From the NCBI RefSeq assembly GCF_003428155.1, contig NZ_QLIR01000002.1, positions 60,001-92,000 on the forward strand: DNA of 32,000 nt, in the 5' to 3' direction. Position numbers and translations under genes: made by a program. Position 1 is the stretch's first letter; every line of letters starts with the position of its first letter. The stretch is from Fastidiosibacter lacustris. Its GTDB lineage: Bacteria > Pseudomonadota > Gammaproteobacteria > Francisellales > Francisellaceae. This document shows positions 18,255 to 28,736 of this stretch, in pieces. The notes beneath the pieces are model-generated. The model saw only the letters and a list, made by a program, of their open reading frames with translations. It had not been told where the DNA came from and ran no database searches.

Positions 18255-19721
18255 TTATGCAAAAAAATGTTCAATCAATTCGCAAGTGTACCAAACTCCA
18301 ACACCACTGATTTCGGTTGGAATAGGAGCAAGCCCACCTTTATGTTTGCAAGAAGCTAAATCCATGTGTAGCCAACGAATTTCTTTGCCTACGAATTGTT
18401 GCAAGAATTTAGCTGCAAGAATATGGTCGGCATTACCCGTTACATAGCATTGTTTTAAGTCAGCGATATCTGATTTCAGTTCTTCTAAATAATGCTTATC
18501 CATTGGGAATGGCCAGACTTTTTCTGCGCATTTTATGCCATATTTGACGAGATTGTGCTGCCAATCATAATTGTTACTGAAAATGGCAGAGTATTCAGTA
18601 CCTAGCGCACGCACTGCCGCCCCTGTTAAGGTTGCATAATCAATCAGTAGATCTGGTTTTTGCTGGCTAGCAAGACAGAGTGCATCGGATAGTACCATTC
18701 GTCCTTCGGCATCGGTATCAACAATTTCAATCGTTTTACCGTTTAAAGCGGTAATGACTTCATTAGGTAAAAAAGCATTTGCACCAATATTATTGGTGGT
18801 AATCGCCAAATAGCAATGCACTTGGAAAGGTACTTGTAAGATGCTTAACGATAGCAAGCTGCCAACTGCAACCGCGCTGCCCATCATATCATCATTCATG
18901 CCATACATATGTTGTGGTTGCTTTAAGCTTACTCCACCTGTATCAAAGCAAATACCTTTGCCGACTAAAGCAATGGTGTTAGTAAACTCCCTTGGTGTAT
19001 AGGATAGCTTAACAATGCCCGCGACTTCTGATGCACGTGCTACTGCACTGAAAGCGCCTGCCCCCATATCTTGAAGTTGTGCTTTGTCATACAGTGTATA
19101 TCCCCAACCTTCTGTTTTAGCCATGTTGGCTAATATTTCAATATAGATAGCGGGGGTTAAATAATTTGTAGGTAAAATAGTAAGATAGCGTGCTAACGCA
19201 TTGCCTTTATGTTTGGCAATAATTTCTAGAAAATCACTTTCGATATAATCGCCAATGATATCAATTTCAGCATTGCATGGCTTATTATCGCGTTTAAAGT
19301 TAGGCATGTTTTGAGTGTGGGCAAGCAGTGCTCGGACACATGCTTCTACTGTTACATTATCTGCGTGATTAGTAATCAAGGCAATGTGTTTGGCTTCTAA
19401 TACATTTGCCTCAGAAAGCAATTTAGAAAGATCCTTTAACCATAAGTAAAGCTCACAATCGCCTAGATTTTGTTTAACAATGATTCGAGTTCCTCTAGCG
19501 TTAGGTAGTTGAGTGAAATAGCCTTTCTTGTCGTGTGGCGCATAATACATTTTGCGCTGATATATCGTTTCTCCATGAGGTAGACTTAACCATTGCTGCT
19601 CGTCATCAGAAATAGCAATAATTACATCATATTGCTGTTGTGTTTGATTATAATCTTGAATAAAGTTTAACCTTGTTGCTGAGAGTGATTGTAGTACGTT
19701 CATTAGTAAGTCCTTAGACAA
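18255..19721 (-). CDS. M17 family leucyl/cytosol aminopeptidase
   Basis: VGKGICFDTGGVSLK, MYGMNDDMMGSAVAVGSLL, NTDAEGRMVLSDALCLA, LIDYATLTGAAVRALG. Confidence 0.93.
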   Translation of the reverse strand: MSKDLLMNVLQSLSATRLNFIQDYNQTQQQYDVIIAISDDEQQWLSLPHGETIYQRKMYYAPHDKKGYFTQLPNARGTRIIVKQNLGDCELYLWLKDLSKLLSEANVLEAKHIALITNHADNVTVEACVRALLAHTQNMPNFKRDNKPCNAEIDIIGDYIESDFLEIIAKHKGNALARYLTILPTNYLTPAIYIEILANMAKTEGWGYTLYDKAQLQDMGAGAFSAVARASEVAGIVKLSYTPREFTNTIALVGKGICFDTGGVSLKQPQHMYGMNDDMMGSAVAVGSLLSLSILQVPFQVHCYLAITTNNIGANAFLPNEVITALNGKTIEIVDTDAEGRMVLSDALCLASQQKPDLLIDYATLTGAAVRALGTEYSAIFSNNYDWQHNLVKYGIKCAEKVWPFPMDKHYLEELKSDIADLKQCYVTGNADHILAAKFLQQFVGKEIRWLHMDLASCKHKGGLAPIPTEISGVGVWYTCELIEHFFA

Positions 19722-19877
19722 AAAAACTTTTTGCTAGAATGCCTTAGTATAACGAGACTCACAAGTAGTATAAACCATAATTTTACATATTTTGGGACTT
19801 AAAATAGCCGAAAAATTTAATGCAATGAGTGTACAATATTATGCGCATGTTTTACTATGGCAAGACTAAAAGATACC

Positions 19878-19905
19878 TCATCATTTTAGGTACCTAAAAT
19901 GATGA
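19878..19905. promoter_or_regulatory. Perfect 28-bp palindrome in the divergent M17-peptidase/map intergenic region
   Basis: TCATCATTTTAGGTACCTAAAATGATGA is identical to its reverse complement. Confidence 0.55.
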
Positions 19906-19920
19906 TTAAAGTGAGAAAGA

Positions 19921-19989
19921 ATGGCATTGATAACTGATCAATCCATAAAAGCTAATCAACATTCTAAATTAAAGTTTAAGAAAATATGA
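19921..19989 (+). CDS. Putative 22-codon leader ORF coupled to map
   Basis: MALITDQSIKANQHSKLKFKKI; its TGA overlaps the map ATG (ATGA), and gagaaag lies upstream of the ATG. Confidence 0.35.
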   Translation: MALITDQSIKANQHSKLKFKKI

Positions 19990-20786
19990 GCAATAAGATT
20001 ATTTTAAAAACCCCTGAACAAATTGAGAAAATGCGCGTTGCTGGTCGTTTGGCTGCTGAAGTTTTAGAAATGATTGAACCATATGTGGCAGTTGGTATTA
20101 CAACAGCAGAGCTAGATAAAATTTGTCATGACTACATCGTTGATGTGCAAAAAGCCACTCCTGCACCTTTAAATTATAAAGGTTTTCCTAAGTCGATTTG
20201 TACATCGGTAAACCATGTAGTATGTCATGGTATTCCATCGGATAAGAAGCTTAAAAAAGGCGATATTTTAAATATTGATGTCACGGTGATTAAAGAAGGA
20301 TTTCATGGAGATACCAGTAAGATGTTTTTTGTTGGTGGCAAAGAAAGTGCATCGATTATGGCGCAACGTTTAACAGAGGTGACTTATGAGTGTTTATTAA
20401 AAGCCATTGAGATTGTAAAACCAGGAAATATGTTGTTAGATGTCGCAAACGTGATAGAAAAACATGCCAAATCTCATAACTTTTCAATAGTAGAAGCATT
20501 TTGTGGTCATGGGATTGGTCAAAATTTTCATGAAGAACCACAAGTCTTACATTATGTTTCTAAAAATCCACAGGAGCATAAGTGTTTAAAAACTATCTTA
20601 AAACCAGGAATGACCTTTACGATTGAACCAATGATTAATGCAGGGAAAAAGCAAGTGACGATTTTGCGTGATGGTTGGACGGCAGTAACAAAAGATAAAA
20701 ACCTTTCTGCACAGTGGGAACATACGCTTGTTGTGACTGAATTAGGTTGTGAAGTCTTAACTAAGCGCAAAGATGAAGTGATTTAG
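19986..20786 (+). CDS. map: Type I methionine aminopeptidase
   Basis: IKL-type start ILKTPEQIEKMRVAGRLAAEVLEMIEPYV, NHVVCHGIPSD, LNIDVTVIKEGFHGDTSKMF, FCGHGIGQNFHEEPQVLHY, EHTLVVTELGCEVLTKR. Confidence 0.97.
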   Translation: MSNKIILKTPEQIEKMRVAGRLAAEVLEMIEPYVAVGITTAELDKICHDYIVDVQKATPAPLNYKGFPKSICTSVNHVVCHGIPSDKKLKKGDILNIDVTVIKEGFHGDTSKMFFVGGKESASIMAQRLTEVTYECLLKAIEIVKPGNMLLDVANVIEKHAKSHNFSIVEAFCGHGIGQNFHEEPQVLHYVSKNPQEHKCLKTILKPGMTFTIEPMINAGKKQVTILRDGWTAVTKDKNLSAQWEHTLVVTELGCEVLTKRKDEVI

Positions 20787-20795
20787 AGACATATT

Positions 20796-21638
20796 ATGTT
20801 AAGCCAACGTCAGATCAATGAAGCTTGTCAAATGTTAAAACGAGACGGGCAAGAAATTAGCATTGCTAAAGTGCGTAAGCTCTTGCAAGGGCATTATTCT
20901 TTTTTTGATGTAGCTGACAAAGTTTTGCTTTTTAAAGAAAATCCAGATAAGGCACGTGAGCTTGCCAAAAAAGAGGTTATTATTGAGGATAAAAGACCAA
21001 ACGGTTTAGCTTATGTCATTGATCAAGTGTTACTTACTTGTGCTTTGCATGAACATAAACAAATTACTTTAAACCTTAAAGATAAGTTACAGAATTTTGT
21101 TGATGCTGAAATTAAAAGTAAGACGCATGATTATGAACATAAGCTTAGAAAACTGCGTCAAAAAAATGATCATTTGGAAGTAAACTTTTATAGTCTTCAA
21201 ACCCGTATTTTGCAGCTTATAGAAACTCAAAACGTACTAAAAGAGCAAAATTACAGCTTGCAACAGCAGCTGCAAAAGGCGCTTGCTCAGAAAAACTATC
21301 GCTTACCAGAGGAGCAAAATACCCAAAAACCTGCACAAATTCGTGATTTTCAGACCCAGATATCGTTTTTAAAAGCTGATTGTTGTGCCGTTTATGATAT
21401 TGAGAAGCAGAGAATTGTGGTGAAATTGCCACCAAAGCATAAGTTAGAAAGAGAGTTTCAAAAAGGACTAAATAGCATTTATTTGCGTGCTAACGCTATC
21501 TATGACTTTGAGATGAAGTGTTGGTTTTTAGATCAATTTGAAGCAAAGACGATTAACCTTTTGGTACGTAATAACTTCGTTATTTCTAAAGAGTTGGCTT
21601 ATGTGCTGCAAAAGTTGCAGGAACAAACGACTAATTAA
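20796..21638 (+). CDS. KfrA-N-like putative DNA-binding protein with a coiled coil
   Basis: N-terminal RQINEACQMLKRDGQEISIAKVRKLLQGHYSF helix-turn-helix-like segment, followed by a long charged coiled-coil region. Confidence 0.5.
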   Translation: MLSQRQINEACQMLKRDGQEISIAKVRKLLQGHYSFFDVADKVLLFKENPDKARELAKKEVIIEDKRPNGLAYVIDQVLLTCALHEHKQITLNLKDKLQNFVDAEIKSKTHDYEHKLRKLRQKNDHLEVNFYSLQTRILQLIETQNVLKEQNYSLQQQLQKALAQKNYRLPEEQNTQKPAQIRDFQTQISFLKADCCAVYDIEKQRIVVKLPPKHKLEREFQKGLNSIYLRANAIYDFEMKCWFLDQFEAKTINLLVRNNFVISKELAYVLQKLQEQTTN

Positions 21639-21702
21639 GACTTTCAAATACATTTGTTAGTGTTAAAATAATCTCATTTTCATGAGTCTAAGGGTGTCGA
21701 TT

Positions 21703-22026
21703 ATGCCGTTTGTAGTAACAGAAAGTTGTATTAAATGTAAGTATGGTGACTGTGTTGAGGTTTGCCCAGTAGATTGTTTTTACGAAGGTGAAAATATGTT
21801 GGTCATTAATCCAGATGAATGCATTGATTGTGCTTTATGTGAGCCTGAATGTCCTGTGAATGCAATTTATTCCGAGGATGAATTGCCAGAAGATCAACTG
21901 GAATTTGTTGAGTTGAATCGAGAACTCTCGCAAGTGTGGGATAATATTACCGAAAAGTGTGAGCCACCTGAGGATGCCGATCAGTGGCGTGACATTAAAG
22001 CCAAGCGTCAATATTTAATCAAGTAG
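21703..22026 (+). CDS. fdxA: FdxA-type ferredoxin (7Fe-4S/4Fe-4S; ORF track start 21682)
   Basis: [64 protein letters not shown], with aaggg RBS upstream. Confidence 0.92.
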   Translation: MPFVVTESCIKCKYGDCVEVCPVDCFYEGENMLVINPDECIDCALCEPECPVNAIYSEDELPEDQLEFVELNRELSQVWDNITEKCEPPEDADQWRDIKAKRQYLIK

Positions 22027-22038
22027 GCACGTTTATAA

Positions 22039-22590
22039 ATGTTTAAAAAGAAGCCAGCTTTAGTGATATTGGATCGCGATGGTGTAATCAACGAAGACTC
22101 AGATGCTTATGTTAAATCAAAGGATGAATGGCAACCTATTGTAGGAAGCATTGAGGCGATTAAACTTTTGAAAAAGCATCATATTCCTGTGGCAATTGCT
22201 ACCAATCAATCAGGTATTGCAAGAGGGTTGTTTGATCTTTTTGCTTTGCATGAAATGCACCAAAAACTTTATACACTTTTAGGTCAAGATGCCGATGCCA
22301 TTTGGCATATTGCGTTTTGCCCGCATGTGCCAGAAGATGAGTGCATGTGTCGTAAACCAAAGGTTGGGTTGCTAGAGGAAATTAGTCAAAAACTCAAAAT
22401 TCCATTTAATAAAAAAGTCTACTTTGTGGGAGATAGTTTTAGGGACATTGAAGTTGCATATAATGCAGGATGCATACCTGTTTTGGTTAAATCTGGTAAG
22501 GGACTCAAAACACTTACTACGCATCAAGAGGCATTAAAAGAAGTACCTGTTTTTGACAATTTATATCAATTTGTGGAATCAATTTTATGA
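22039..22590 (+). CDS. gmhB: D-glycero-beta-D-manno-heptose 1,7-bisphosphate 7-phosphatase
   Basis: HAD motif VILDRDGVINEDSDAYVKS, ATNQSGIARG, CPHVPEDECMCRKPKVG, FVGDSFRDIEVAYNAG. Confidence 0.9.
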   Translation: MFKKKPALVILDRDGVINEDSDAYVKSKDEWQPIVGSIEAIKLLKKHHIPVAIATNQSGIARGLFDLFALHEMHQKLYTLLGQDADAIWHIAFCPHVPEDECMCRKPKVGLLEEISQKLKIPFNKKVYFVGDSFRDIEVAYNAGCIPVLVKSGKGLKTLTTHQEALKEVPVFDNLYQFVESIL

Positions 22591-23330
22591 AATTAATACG
22601 CGCTTTATGGCATGGTGTGTTATGGTTAAGACAAATCATTTTTGTTATTTACATCGCATTATTAACATTTATTTTGGCATTAATAACAGTCATTCTAAGC
22701 TTATTGTGTTTGCCTATTCGTATTCGACTCATTCCTGCTCAAATTTGGTCGACCTTAATGCGCTGGGGATTGGTAATTTTTTTGTGGCTTAGAGTCAGAA
22801 TTGAAGGTGAGGAAAACTTATTAAAAGAGCCTTGTATCTATATTTGTAAGCATCAATCATCATGGGAGACAGTAATATTACATGGACTACTTCATAATAT
22901 TTGTTTTGTGTTAAAAGAAGAGCTTTTAAATATTCCATTATTTGGACAAGCATTAAAAGTGGTAGATAGTATTCCTATTGATCGGAAACAAAATCTAAAG
23001 TCCTTTAAGAAGATCTTGCAAATGGGAAAAGAGCGTTTACATTCTGGTTTGAGCATTGTGATTTTCCCTGAAGGTACACGCGTTGCTATAGGGAACTATC
23101 CAAAATTCCATAAAACGGCGATTACCTTAGCTAAGTCAACAGGAGCAATGGTTGTTCCTGTGGCACACAATTCAGGATGCTTTTGGCCAAATAAAGCAGG
23201 ACTCATTAAACCTGGGTTGGTGACACTTTCTATTGGTCAGGCGATTTCATCATCTGAGCTTAATATAGACGAATTAAATAATTATTGTTACCAATGGATC
23301 AACGATAAAGTAAAGCAAATTGGTGGTTAA
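22587..23330 (+). CDS. 1-acyl-sn-glycerol-3-phosphate acyltransferase
   Basis: CIYICKHQSSWET (HX4D-like block with E), IFPEGTRVAIG, VVPVAHNSG. ATGA overlap with gmhB. Confidence 0.88.
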   Translation: MKLIRALWHGVLWLRQIIFVIYIALLTFILALITVILSLLCLPIRIRLIPAQIWSTLMRWGLVIFLWLRVRIEGEENLLKEPCIYICKHQSSWETVILHGLLHNICFVLKEELLNIPLFGQALKVVDSIPIDRKQNLKSFKKILQMGKERLHSGLSIVIFPEGTRVAIGNYPKFHKTAITLAKSTGAMVVPVAHNSGCFWPNKAGLIKPGLVTLSIGQAISSSELNIDELNNYCYQWINDKVKQIGG

Positions 23331-23350
23331 AATTTTAAAAGGATAAAAAA

Positions 23351-24226
23351 ATGAAGATTACAAAGGCGGTTTTTCCTGTTGCGGGTTTAGGGACCAGGTT
23401 TTTACCTGCAACAAAAGCATCACCAAAAGAGATGCTAACAGTTGTAGATAAGCCTTTAATTCAATATGCTGTTGAAGAAGCCATAGAGGCGGGTATTAAT
23501 GAGCTTATTTTTGTAACGAGTACCCATAAACGCGCTATAGAAGATCACTTCGATAAAAATTTTGAATTGGAATATAACCTTGAACAAAAAGGTAAGTTGG
23601 ATTTATTGGAAACTGTGCGCAATATTTTGCCTGCTGATGTTAATTGTGCCTATATTCGACAGAAAGAAGCATTAGGATTAGGGCATGCCGTACTTTGTGC
23701 TAAACCTTTGGTAGGCAATGAACCTTTTGCAGTGTTACTAGCAGATGACTTGATTGACAACGCTAATGGCAAGGGTGCGTTACTACAGATGATGGAGCAA
23801 TATTATTATCAAAAATGTGGTGTAATTGCGGTGCAGGAGGTTTTTAAAAAAGACACAGGTTCCTATGGTATCGTAAAGACAAGAGCTGATAATAGTATCC
23901 AAGCGATTGTTGAAAAACCTAAACCGGAAAGTGCACCTTCGACGAATGCAGTGGTAGGTCGTTATATTCTACCTGGTGAAATATTTGATTATTTGGAAAA
24001 AATTCCTAAGGGTGCAGGTGGTGAAATTCAATTAACGGATGCAATTGCTAAACTTGTTGAATCTCAGCGTTTGGTTGCTTACCATTTTGATGGTACACGC
24101 TATGATTGTGGCGATAAATTGGGTTTCTTGATTGCCAACTTTGAATTGGCTGCACGTGATAAGGTGCTAGGTAAAAAGTTTATGGCTCATGTCGAATCAA
24201 TGTTAAAAAATATTAAGCAAGGATAG
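23351..24226 (+). CDS. galU: UTP--glucose-1-phosphate uridylyltransferase
   Basis: [67 protein letters not shown]. Confidence 0.96.
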   Translation: MKITKAVFPVAGLGTRFLPATKASPKEMLTVVDKPLIQYAVEEAIEAGINELIFVTSTHKRAIEDHFDKNFELEYNLEQKGKLDLLETVRNILPADVNCAYIRQKEALGLGHAVLCAKPLVGNEPFAVLLADDLIDNANGKGALLQMMEQYYYQKCGVIAVQEVFKKDTGSYGIVKTRADNSIQAIVEKPKPESAPSTNAVVGRYILPGEIFDYLEKIPKGAGGEIQLTDAIAKLVESQRLVAYHFDGTRYDCGDKLGFLIANFELAARDKVLGKKFMAHVESMLKNIKQG

Positions 24227-24233
24227 GTGTAGT

Positions 24234-24824
24234 GTGAGCCAACAGGGTAAGGTTTATATTGTTTCAGCTCCTTCAGGTGCCGGTAAAACATCTTTACTTA
24301 AAGCATTTATTAAAAATCAAACCAATCTTGGGATTTGTGTATCGCATACAACACGTAAACCACGACCATTAGAAATAAATGGGGTACATTATCATTTTGT
24401 GTCTAAAGATGTATTTGAGCAAATGATTAAGGAAGGTGCATTCATTGAATACGCTCAAGTTTTTGACCATTACTATGGAACGTCTAAAAATGCGATTTCA
24501 GTTTTGACAGAAAAAGGTTTAGATGTAATTTTAGAAATCGATTGGCAAGGAGCAACACAAGCACGAGAAAATTTTAAAAGTAATTGTGTGAGTATTTTTA
24601 TTTTACCACCCTCACTCTCTGCTTTATATGAGCGTTTAAAAAAGCGTGGTCAAGATTCAGATGAGATTATTCAAAGGCGTATGCAAGACGCAAAGAATGA
24701 AGTTTCGCATGCAAATGAATATGATTATGTTATTGTGAACGATGACTTTGATGAGGCACTAAAAGATTTAGAAGCATGTTTTCGTGTTCAAAAATTAAAA
24801 TCTAATTTAGACTATCAATTGTGA
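24234..24824 (+). CDS. gmk: Guanylate kinase
   Basis: VYIVSAPSGAGKTSLLKAF, VSHTTRKPRPLEINGVHYHFVS, DVILEIDWQGATQAR, IFILPPS. GTG start. Confidence 0.96.
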   Translation: MSQQGKVYIVSAPSGAGKTSLLKAFIKNQTNLGICVSHTTRKPRPLEINGVHYHFVSKDVFEQMIKEGAFIEYAQVFDHYYGTSKNAISVLTEKGLDVILEIDWQGATQARENFKSNCVSIFILPPSLSALYERLKKRGQDSDEIIQRRMQDAKNEVSHANEYDYVIVNDDFDEALKDLEACFRVQKLKSNLDYQL

Positions 24825-24848
24825 TCATTAATGTCAGAAAGATAAAAT

Positions 24849-25637
24849 ATGGTAAAAAAAGCGCTTATATTGGCATCGTTGTCATTGAGTCCTCTTATGG
24901 TTAATTCAATGTGTGAGGTGGATAAAATAGATTGTTCTGAATTTTCGTTGTCTCCTGCTATTGGTTATTATAGCTATAGAGAACCTGGCTTGATGAGTAT
25001 TAAGGGACCAAGTATTGCACTTGATGGTAGTTATCAGTATATCGAACGAAATAGAATCACTTTGATGATTGAAGGACAGCTTGGTTTTGTGAATGGCAAA
25101 TATGATGGACGTTTGAATGACAAACAACAAACACCTTTTCAGATGAATAATGATAACAGTTTTATATTTGGCATTTCGCCACGGATAGGTTATTTATTCC
25201 AATTTCCTAAAGTTTTAATTACCGTTACGCCATTTTTAGGATTAGGTTATCGTTATTTAAATAATGATACTTCAAACGACTCACATGGTTATTTGCGAGC
25301 ATCAAATTATTTTTATATACCTATTGGATTACAGTTTACTTGGCTTCATAAAAAACTGGTTCTTGAATCAAAATTAGAGTTTGATTATTTAATCAGAGGT
25401 ATTCAATACATAAGTGTAGATGGGGGTATTGTTAATCAACAACGTGAAGGTTGGGGTGCTAATGGTAATATTTTATTGGGACGTAACCAGGGAAGTTGGA
25501 TGTGGTTGATAGGACCTTATATTAGGTATTGGAAGATACAAACTTCAGATATCGCAAATGGTAATGCAGAAAAAGGATGGTATGAGCCAGAGAATAATAC
25601 ACTAGGTGTAGGAGTGATGGCTAAGTTTGTTTTTTAA
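24849..25637 (+). CDS. Putative outer-membrane beta-barrel protein (MipA/OmpV-like architecture)
   Basis: N-terminal signal sequence and alternating aromatic/hydrophobic beta strands ending in a terminal GVMAKFVF. Confidence 0.55.
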   Translation: MVKKALILASLSLSPLMVNSMCEVDKIDCSEFSLSPAIGYYSYREPGLMSIKGPSIALDGSYQYIERNRITLMIEGQLGFVNGKYDGRLNDKQQTPFQMNNDNSFIFGISPRIGYLFQFPKVLITVTPFLGLGYRYLNNDTSNDSHGYLRASNYFYIPIGLQFTWLHKKLVLESKLEFDYLIRGIQYISVDGGIVNQQREGWGANGNILLGRNQGSWMWLIGPYIRYWKIQTSDIANGNAEKGWYEPENNTLGVGVMAKFVF

Positions 25638-25699
25638 TCATAAACTTCTGGAAAAAAATGCCACTGTCAGTTAGGTTTGTATAGACGGTAGTTTATGGA

Positions 25700-27145
25700 A
25701 TGATCACCATGTGTGAAAAAGAGTTACAATTACCTACTTTACCTAGTATTTTTCTGTGTGTGCTGGCGTCAATGGTCATTTATTTTGTTGCGCTTTTTTT
25801 ACCATTTGGTGAATTTTCTGCATCAGGGAAGCATGCGTTTGCTGTTTTTTGCGTTGCGGTATTTTTATGGATAATTAATATTTTCCCGCTTGCAATTACA
25901 GGTATTATCGTTCTGTTTTTATTACCTGCTTCTGGTGTGATTTTTGCTCAAGATGTATATAGTTATTTTGGTAATTCTGCAACTTTCTTTGTGTTGGGTG
26001 CATTTATTTTAGCAAGTCCAGTTATGCGTTCTGGATTAAGCAAACGTTTAGCGATTACGATTATTTCTAAATTTGGTAAAGGCTCTAAGCGTCTTTGTAT
26101 GTCGATTTTTGGACTTTCAAGTACTATGGCTTTTTTCATTAGTGAACATGCCGTTGTTGCAATGTTATTGCCGATTGTATTGGAAATTGTTACTGCTGCA
26201 AATGTGAATAAAAAGAGTCGATTTGCATTCGCAGCTTATATGGCAATGGCATGGGGGGCAATGATCGGGGGCACTGCAACGTTGTTAGGTGGTGCAAGAG
26301 CGCCTTTGGCATTAGGTATTTTGCAAGATAATTTTGCAACAAATGCTAAGATGGCACACGTTAGTCATATTGGTTTCTTTGAGTGGAGTTTATGGGTAAT
26401 ACCAATTGTGTTAGTTATGCTTTGCCTTGCAAGTATATGTGTGTTGATTATTGCACATAAAAGTGGTGCTAATATCGAGTTAGCAAGACAAAAGTTAATA
26501 GCGCATAAAAAAGAAATTGGACGGGTGACAAAAAGAGAAGTTTTAACTTTAATGGTCGTCTTATTTACAATATTTCTATGGATTTTCTATGGCACGGCAT
26601 GGGGGCTAGATTGGATTTCATTTTTGGGTGTGATTTTGGCTTTTATCTTGCGTATTACCAACTGGAAAGAGATTGAAAGAGATGTGCAGTGGGGTATTAT
26701 TATTATGTATGGTAGTGCGATTGCTTTAAGCGTTGCCTTACGTAATACCGGAGCTGCCCATGAAATGGTACAAGTGATAATAGATTTAGGGATTTCATCA
26801 CCTTTGCTGATTATAGTTTCATTGATTGTTCTGGTAGCTATACTAACTGAGGTAATGAGTAATGCAGCAGCGGTCGCTATATTGCTACCTGTAGGCTTAG
26901 CATTATCTTTAGAGTACGGTATTGATCCAAGAGTGATAACTGTTGGAATTGCCACAGGTGCTGGGTTAACTTTTTTGTTGCCGGTGAGTACTCCGGCAAT
27001 GGCATTGGTGCTTCACTCTGATCATGTTAAAATTCATGCTGTAATGGCATGGGGGATATGGCTAAAAATCTCTAGTATATTAGTGATTATTGTTGCAATT
27101 ATATTTTATTGGCCACTATTGGGTGCACATCTCTTAATACAGTAG
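25700..27145 (+). CDS. SLC13/DASS-type anion permease
   Basis: FFISEHAVVAMLLPIVLEI, GAMIGGTATLLGGARAPLALG, TEVMSNAAAVAILLPVGLAL, GAGLTFLLPVSTPAMALV. Confidence 0.85.
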   Translation: MITMCEKELQLPTLPSIFLCVLASMVIYFVALFLPFGEFSASGKHAFAVFCVAVFLWIINIFPLAITGIIVLFLLPASGVIFAQDVYSYFGNSATFFVLGAFILASPVMRSGLSKRLAITIISKFGKGSKRLCMSIFGLSSTMAFFISEHAVVAMLLPIVLEIVTAANVNKKSRFAFAAYMAMAWGAMIGGTATLLGGARAPLALGILQDNFATNAKMAHVSHIGFFEWSLWVIPIVLVMLCLASICVLIIAHKSGANIELARQKLIAHKKEIGRVTKREVLTLMVVLFTIFLWIFYGTAWGLDWISFLGVILAFILRITNWKEIERDVQWGIIIMYGSAIALSVALRNTGAAHEMVQVIIDLGISSPLLIIVSLIVLVAILTEVMSNAAAVAILLPVGLALSLEYGIDPRVITVGIATGAGLTFLLPVSTPAMALVLHSDHVKIHAVMAWGIWLKISSILVIIVAIIFYWPLLGAHLLIQ

Positions 27146-27308
27146 TAGTGGATTTTTTGACTTTGTTGGTATTAAGCTCTGAAAAAGCATAGAGCACGTT
27201 TTCAAGCTACAAAAATAGCGAAATTTCAGTTCTCCATTTATCGCGCCCGTATTTTACAGTAAACTTATGTCGCAAATGTAAGACCAAAGTGAATTAAGGT
27301 AGTGTATT

Positions 27309-28736
27309 GTGATAAAAGAAGTTAAAACGCGCTTTGCCCCAAGCCCAACGGGGTATTTGCATGTAGGTGGCGCAAGGACGGCGTTATTTTCATGGGTGTA
27401 TGCGCGTAAAAACAAGGGTAAGTTTGTATTAAGAATAGAAGATACCGATTTAGATCGCTCGACACCAGAAGCCGTGCAAGCGATCTTAGATGGTATGGAT
27501 TGGCTAGGATTGAACGCAGATTATGAACCTTATTACCAAACTCAACATTTTGAGCGTTACAAAGGAGTAATTAATCAGTTATTACAACAAGGGAAAGCAT
27601 ATTGTTGTTATTGTTCACGTGAACGTTTAGATGAATTGCGTGATAGGCAAATGGCAAATAAAGAAAAACCACGATATGATGAACATTGCCGTCATTTAAA
27701 CCAAAGTGAACAGGATGTATCAAAGCCGCACGTTGTACGCTTTAAGAATCCCAAGGAGGGTATCGTTAGTTGGTTAGATGCAGTCAAGGGTCAAATTAAT
27801 ATTGCCAACACTGAGCTAGATGATTTAATCATCCAGCGTACGGATGGTTCTCCAACCTATAACTTCTGTGTTGTCGTTGATGATATCGATATGGAAATTA
27901 CCCATGTTGTGCGCGGTGATGATCACGTTAACAACACACCAAGGCAGATTAATTTATATTACGCATTAGGTGCAGATGTTCCTATTTTTGCACATGTACC
28001 AATGATTTTAGGGAACGATGGTAAGAAATTATCAAAACGTCATGGTGCAGTAAGTGTGATGCAGTATAAAGAGGAGGGTTATTTACCACAGGCGCTTATT
28101 AATTACTTGATTCGCTTGGGTTGGTCACATGGAGATCAAGAAATCTTTAGTATGGATGAGATATTCAAGTATTTTGATTTAAATGATATTAATGCCTCAG
28201 CTTCAACTTTTAATACAGATAAATTGAATTGGTTGAATCAACATTATATGCGTAGTTTGCCAGTAGAAGAGGTAGTAAAGCACCTGAAATATCACTTTGA
28301 ACAGCAAGGCTTAGACATTACTGAGGGTCCTGAGCTTGAGCTCATTATCCCTGTGATGGCAGAAAAAGTAAAAACACTAAAAGAGTTGACCGAGCAAAGC
28401 CGTTATTTTTATCAAGGTTTTGAAAGTTATGATGAGAAGTCCGCAGTTAAGCATTTAACCAATGGATCGATTAAGTCATTACAATATGCATTAAAGAAAT
28501 ATGAAGCACTGACAGAGGTAGATTGGCAAGATGAAGCTAAGTTGCATCATGTATTAAAAGAAATTGCACAAGAGCTTGAGCTAGGGATGGGGAAAGTCGG
28601 AATGCCTGTTCGTGTTGCCATTACTGGTACCGCGCAATCCCCTGATATTGGCTTGACACTTAAGTGGATTGGAAAAGCGCGCACTTTAAAGCGCTTACAA
28701 CAAGCGATTGATTTTATAAAAACTCGTGATGCTTAG
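27309..28736 (+). CDS. gltX: Glutamate--tRNA ligase
   Basis: [73 protein letters not shown] start. Confidence 0.96.
   Translation: MIKEVKTRFAPSPTGYLHVGGARTALFSWVYARKNKGKFVLRIEDTDLDRSTPEAVQAILDGMDWLGLNADYEPYYQTQHFERYKGVINQLLQQGKAYCCYCSRERLDELRDRQMANKEKPRYDEHCRHLNQSEQDVSKPHVVRFKNPKEGIVSWLDAVKGQINIANTELDDLIIQRTDGSPTYNFCVVVDDIDMEITHVVRGDDHVNNTPRQINLYYALGADVPIFAHVPMILGNDGKKLSKRHGAVSVMQYKEEGYLPQALINYLIRLGWSHGDQEIFSMDEIFKYFDLNDINASASTFNTDKLNWLNQHYMRSLPVEEVVKHLKYHFEQQGLDITEGPELELIIPVMAEKVKTLKELTEQSRYFYQGFESYDEKSAVKHLTNGSIKSLQYALKKYEALTEVDWQDEAKLHHVLKEIAQELELGMGKVGMPVRVAITGTAQSPDIGLTLKWIGKARTLKRLQQAIDFIKTRDA

Noticed and set aside
26587-26955. Antisense ORF in the DASS permease gene
   Set aside because: Shadow ORF; the plus-strand protein has strong family motifs.
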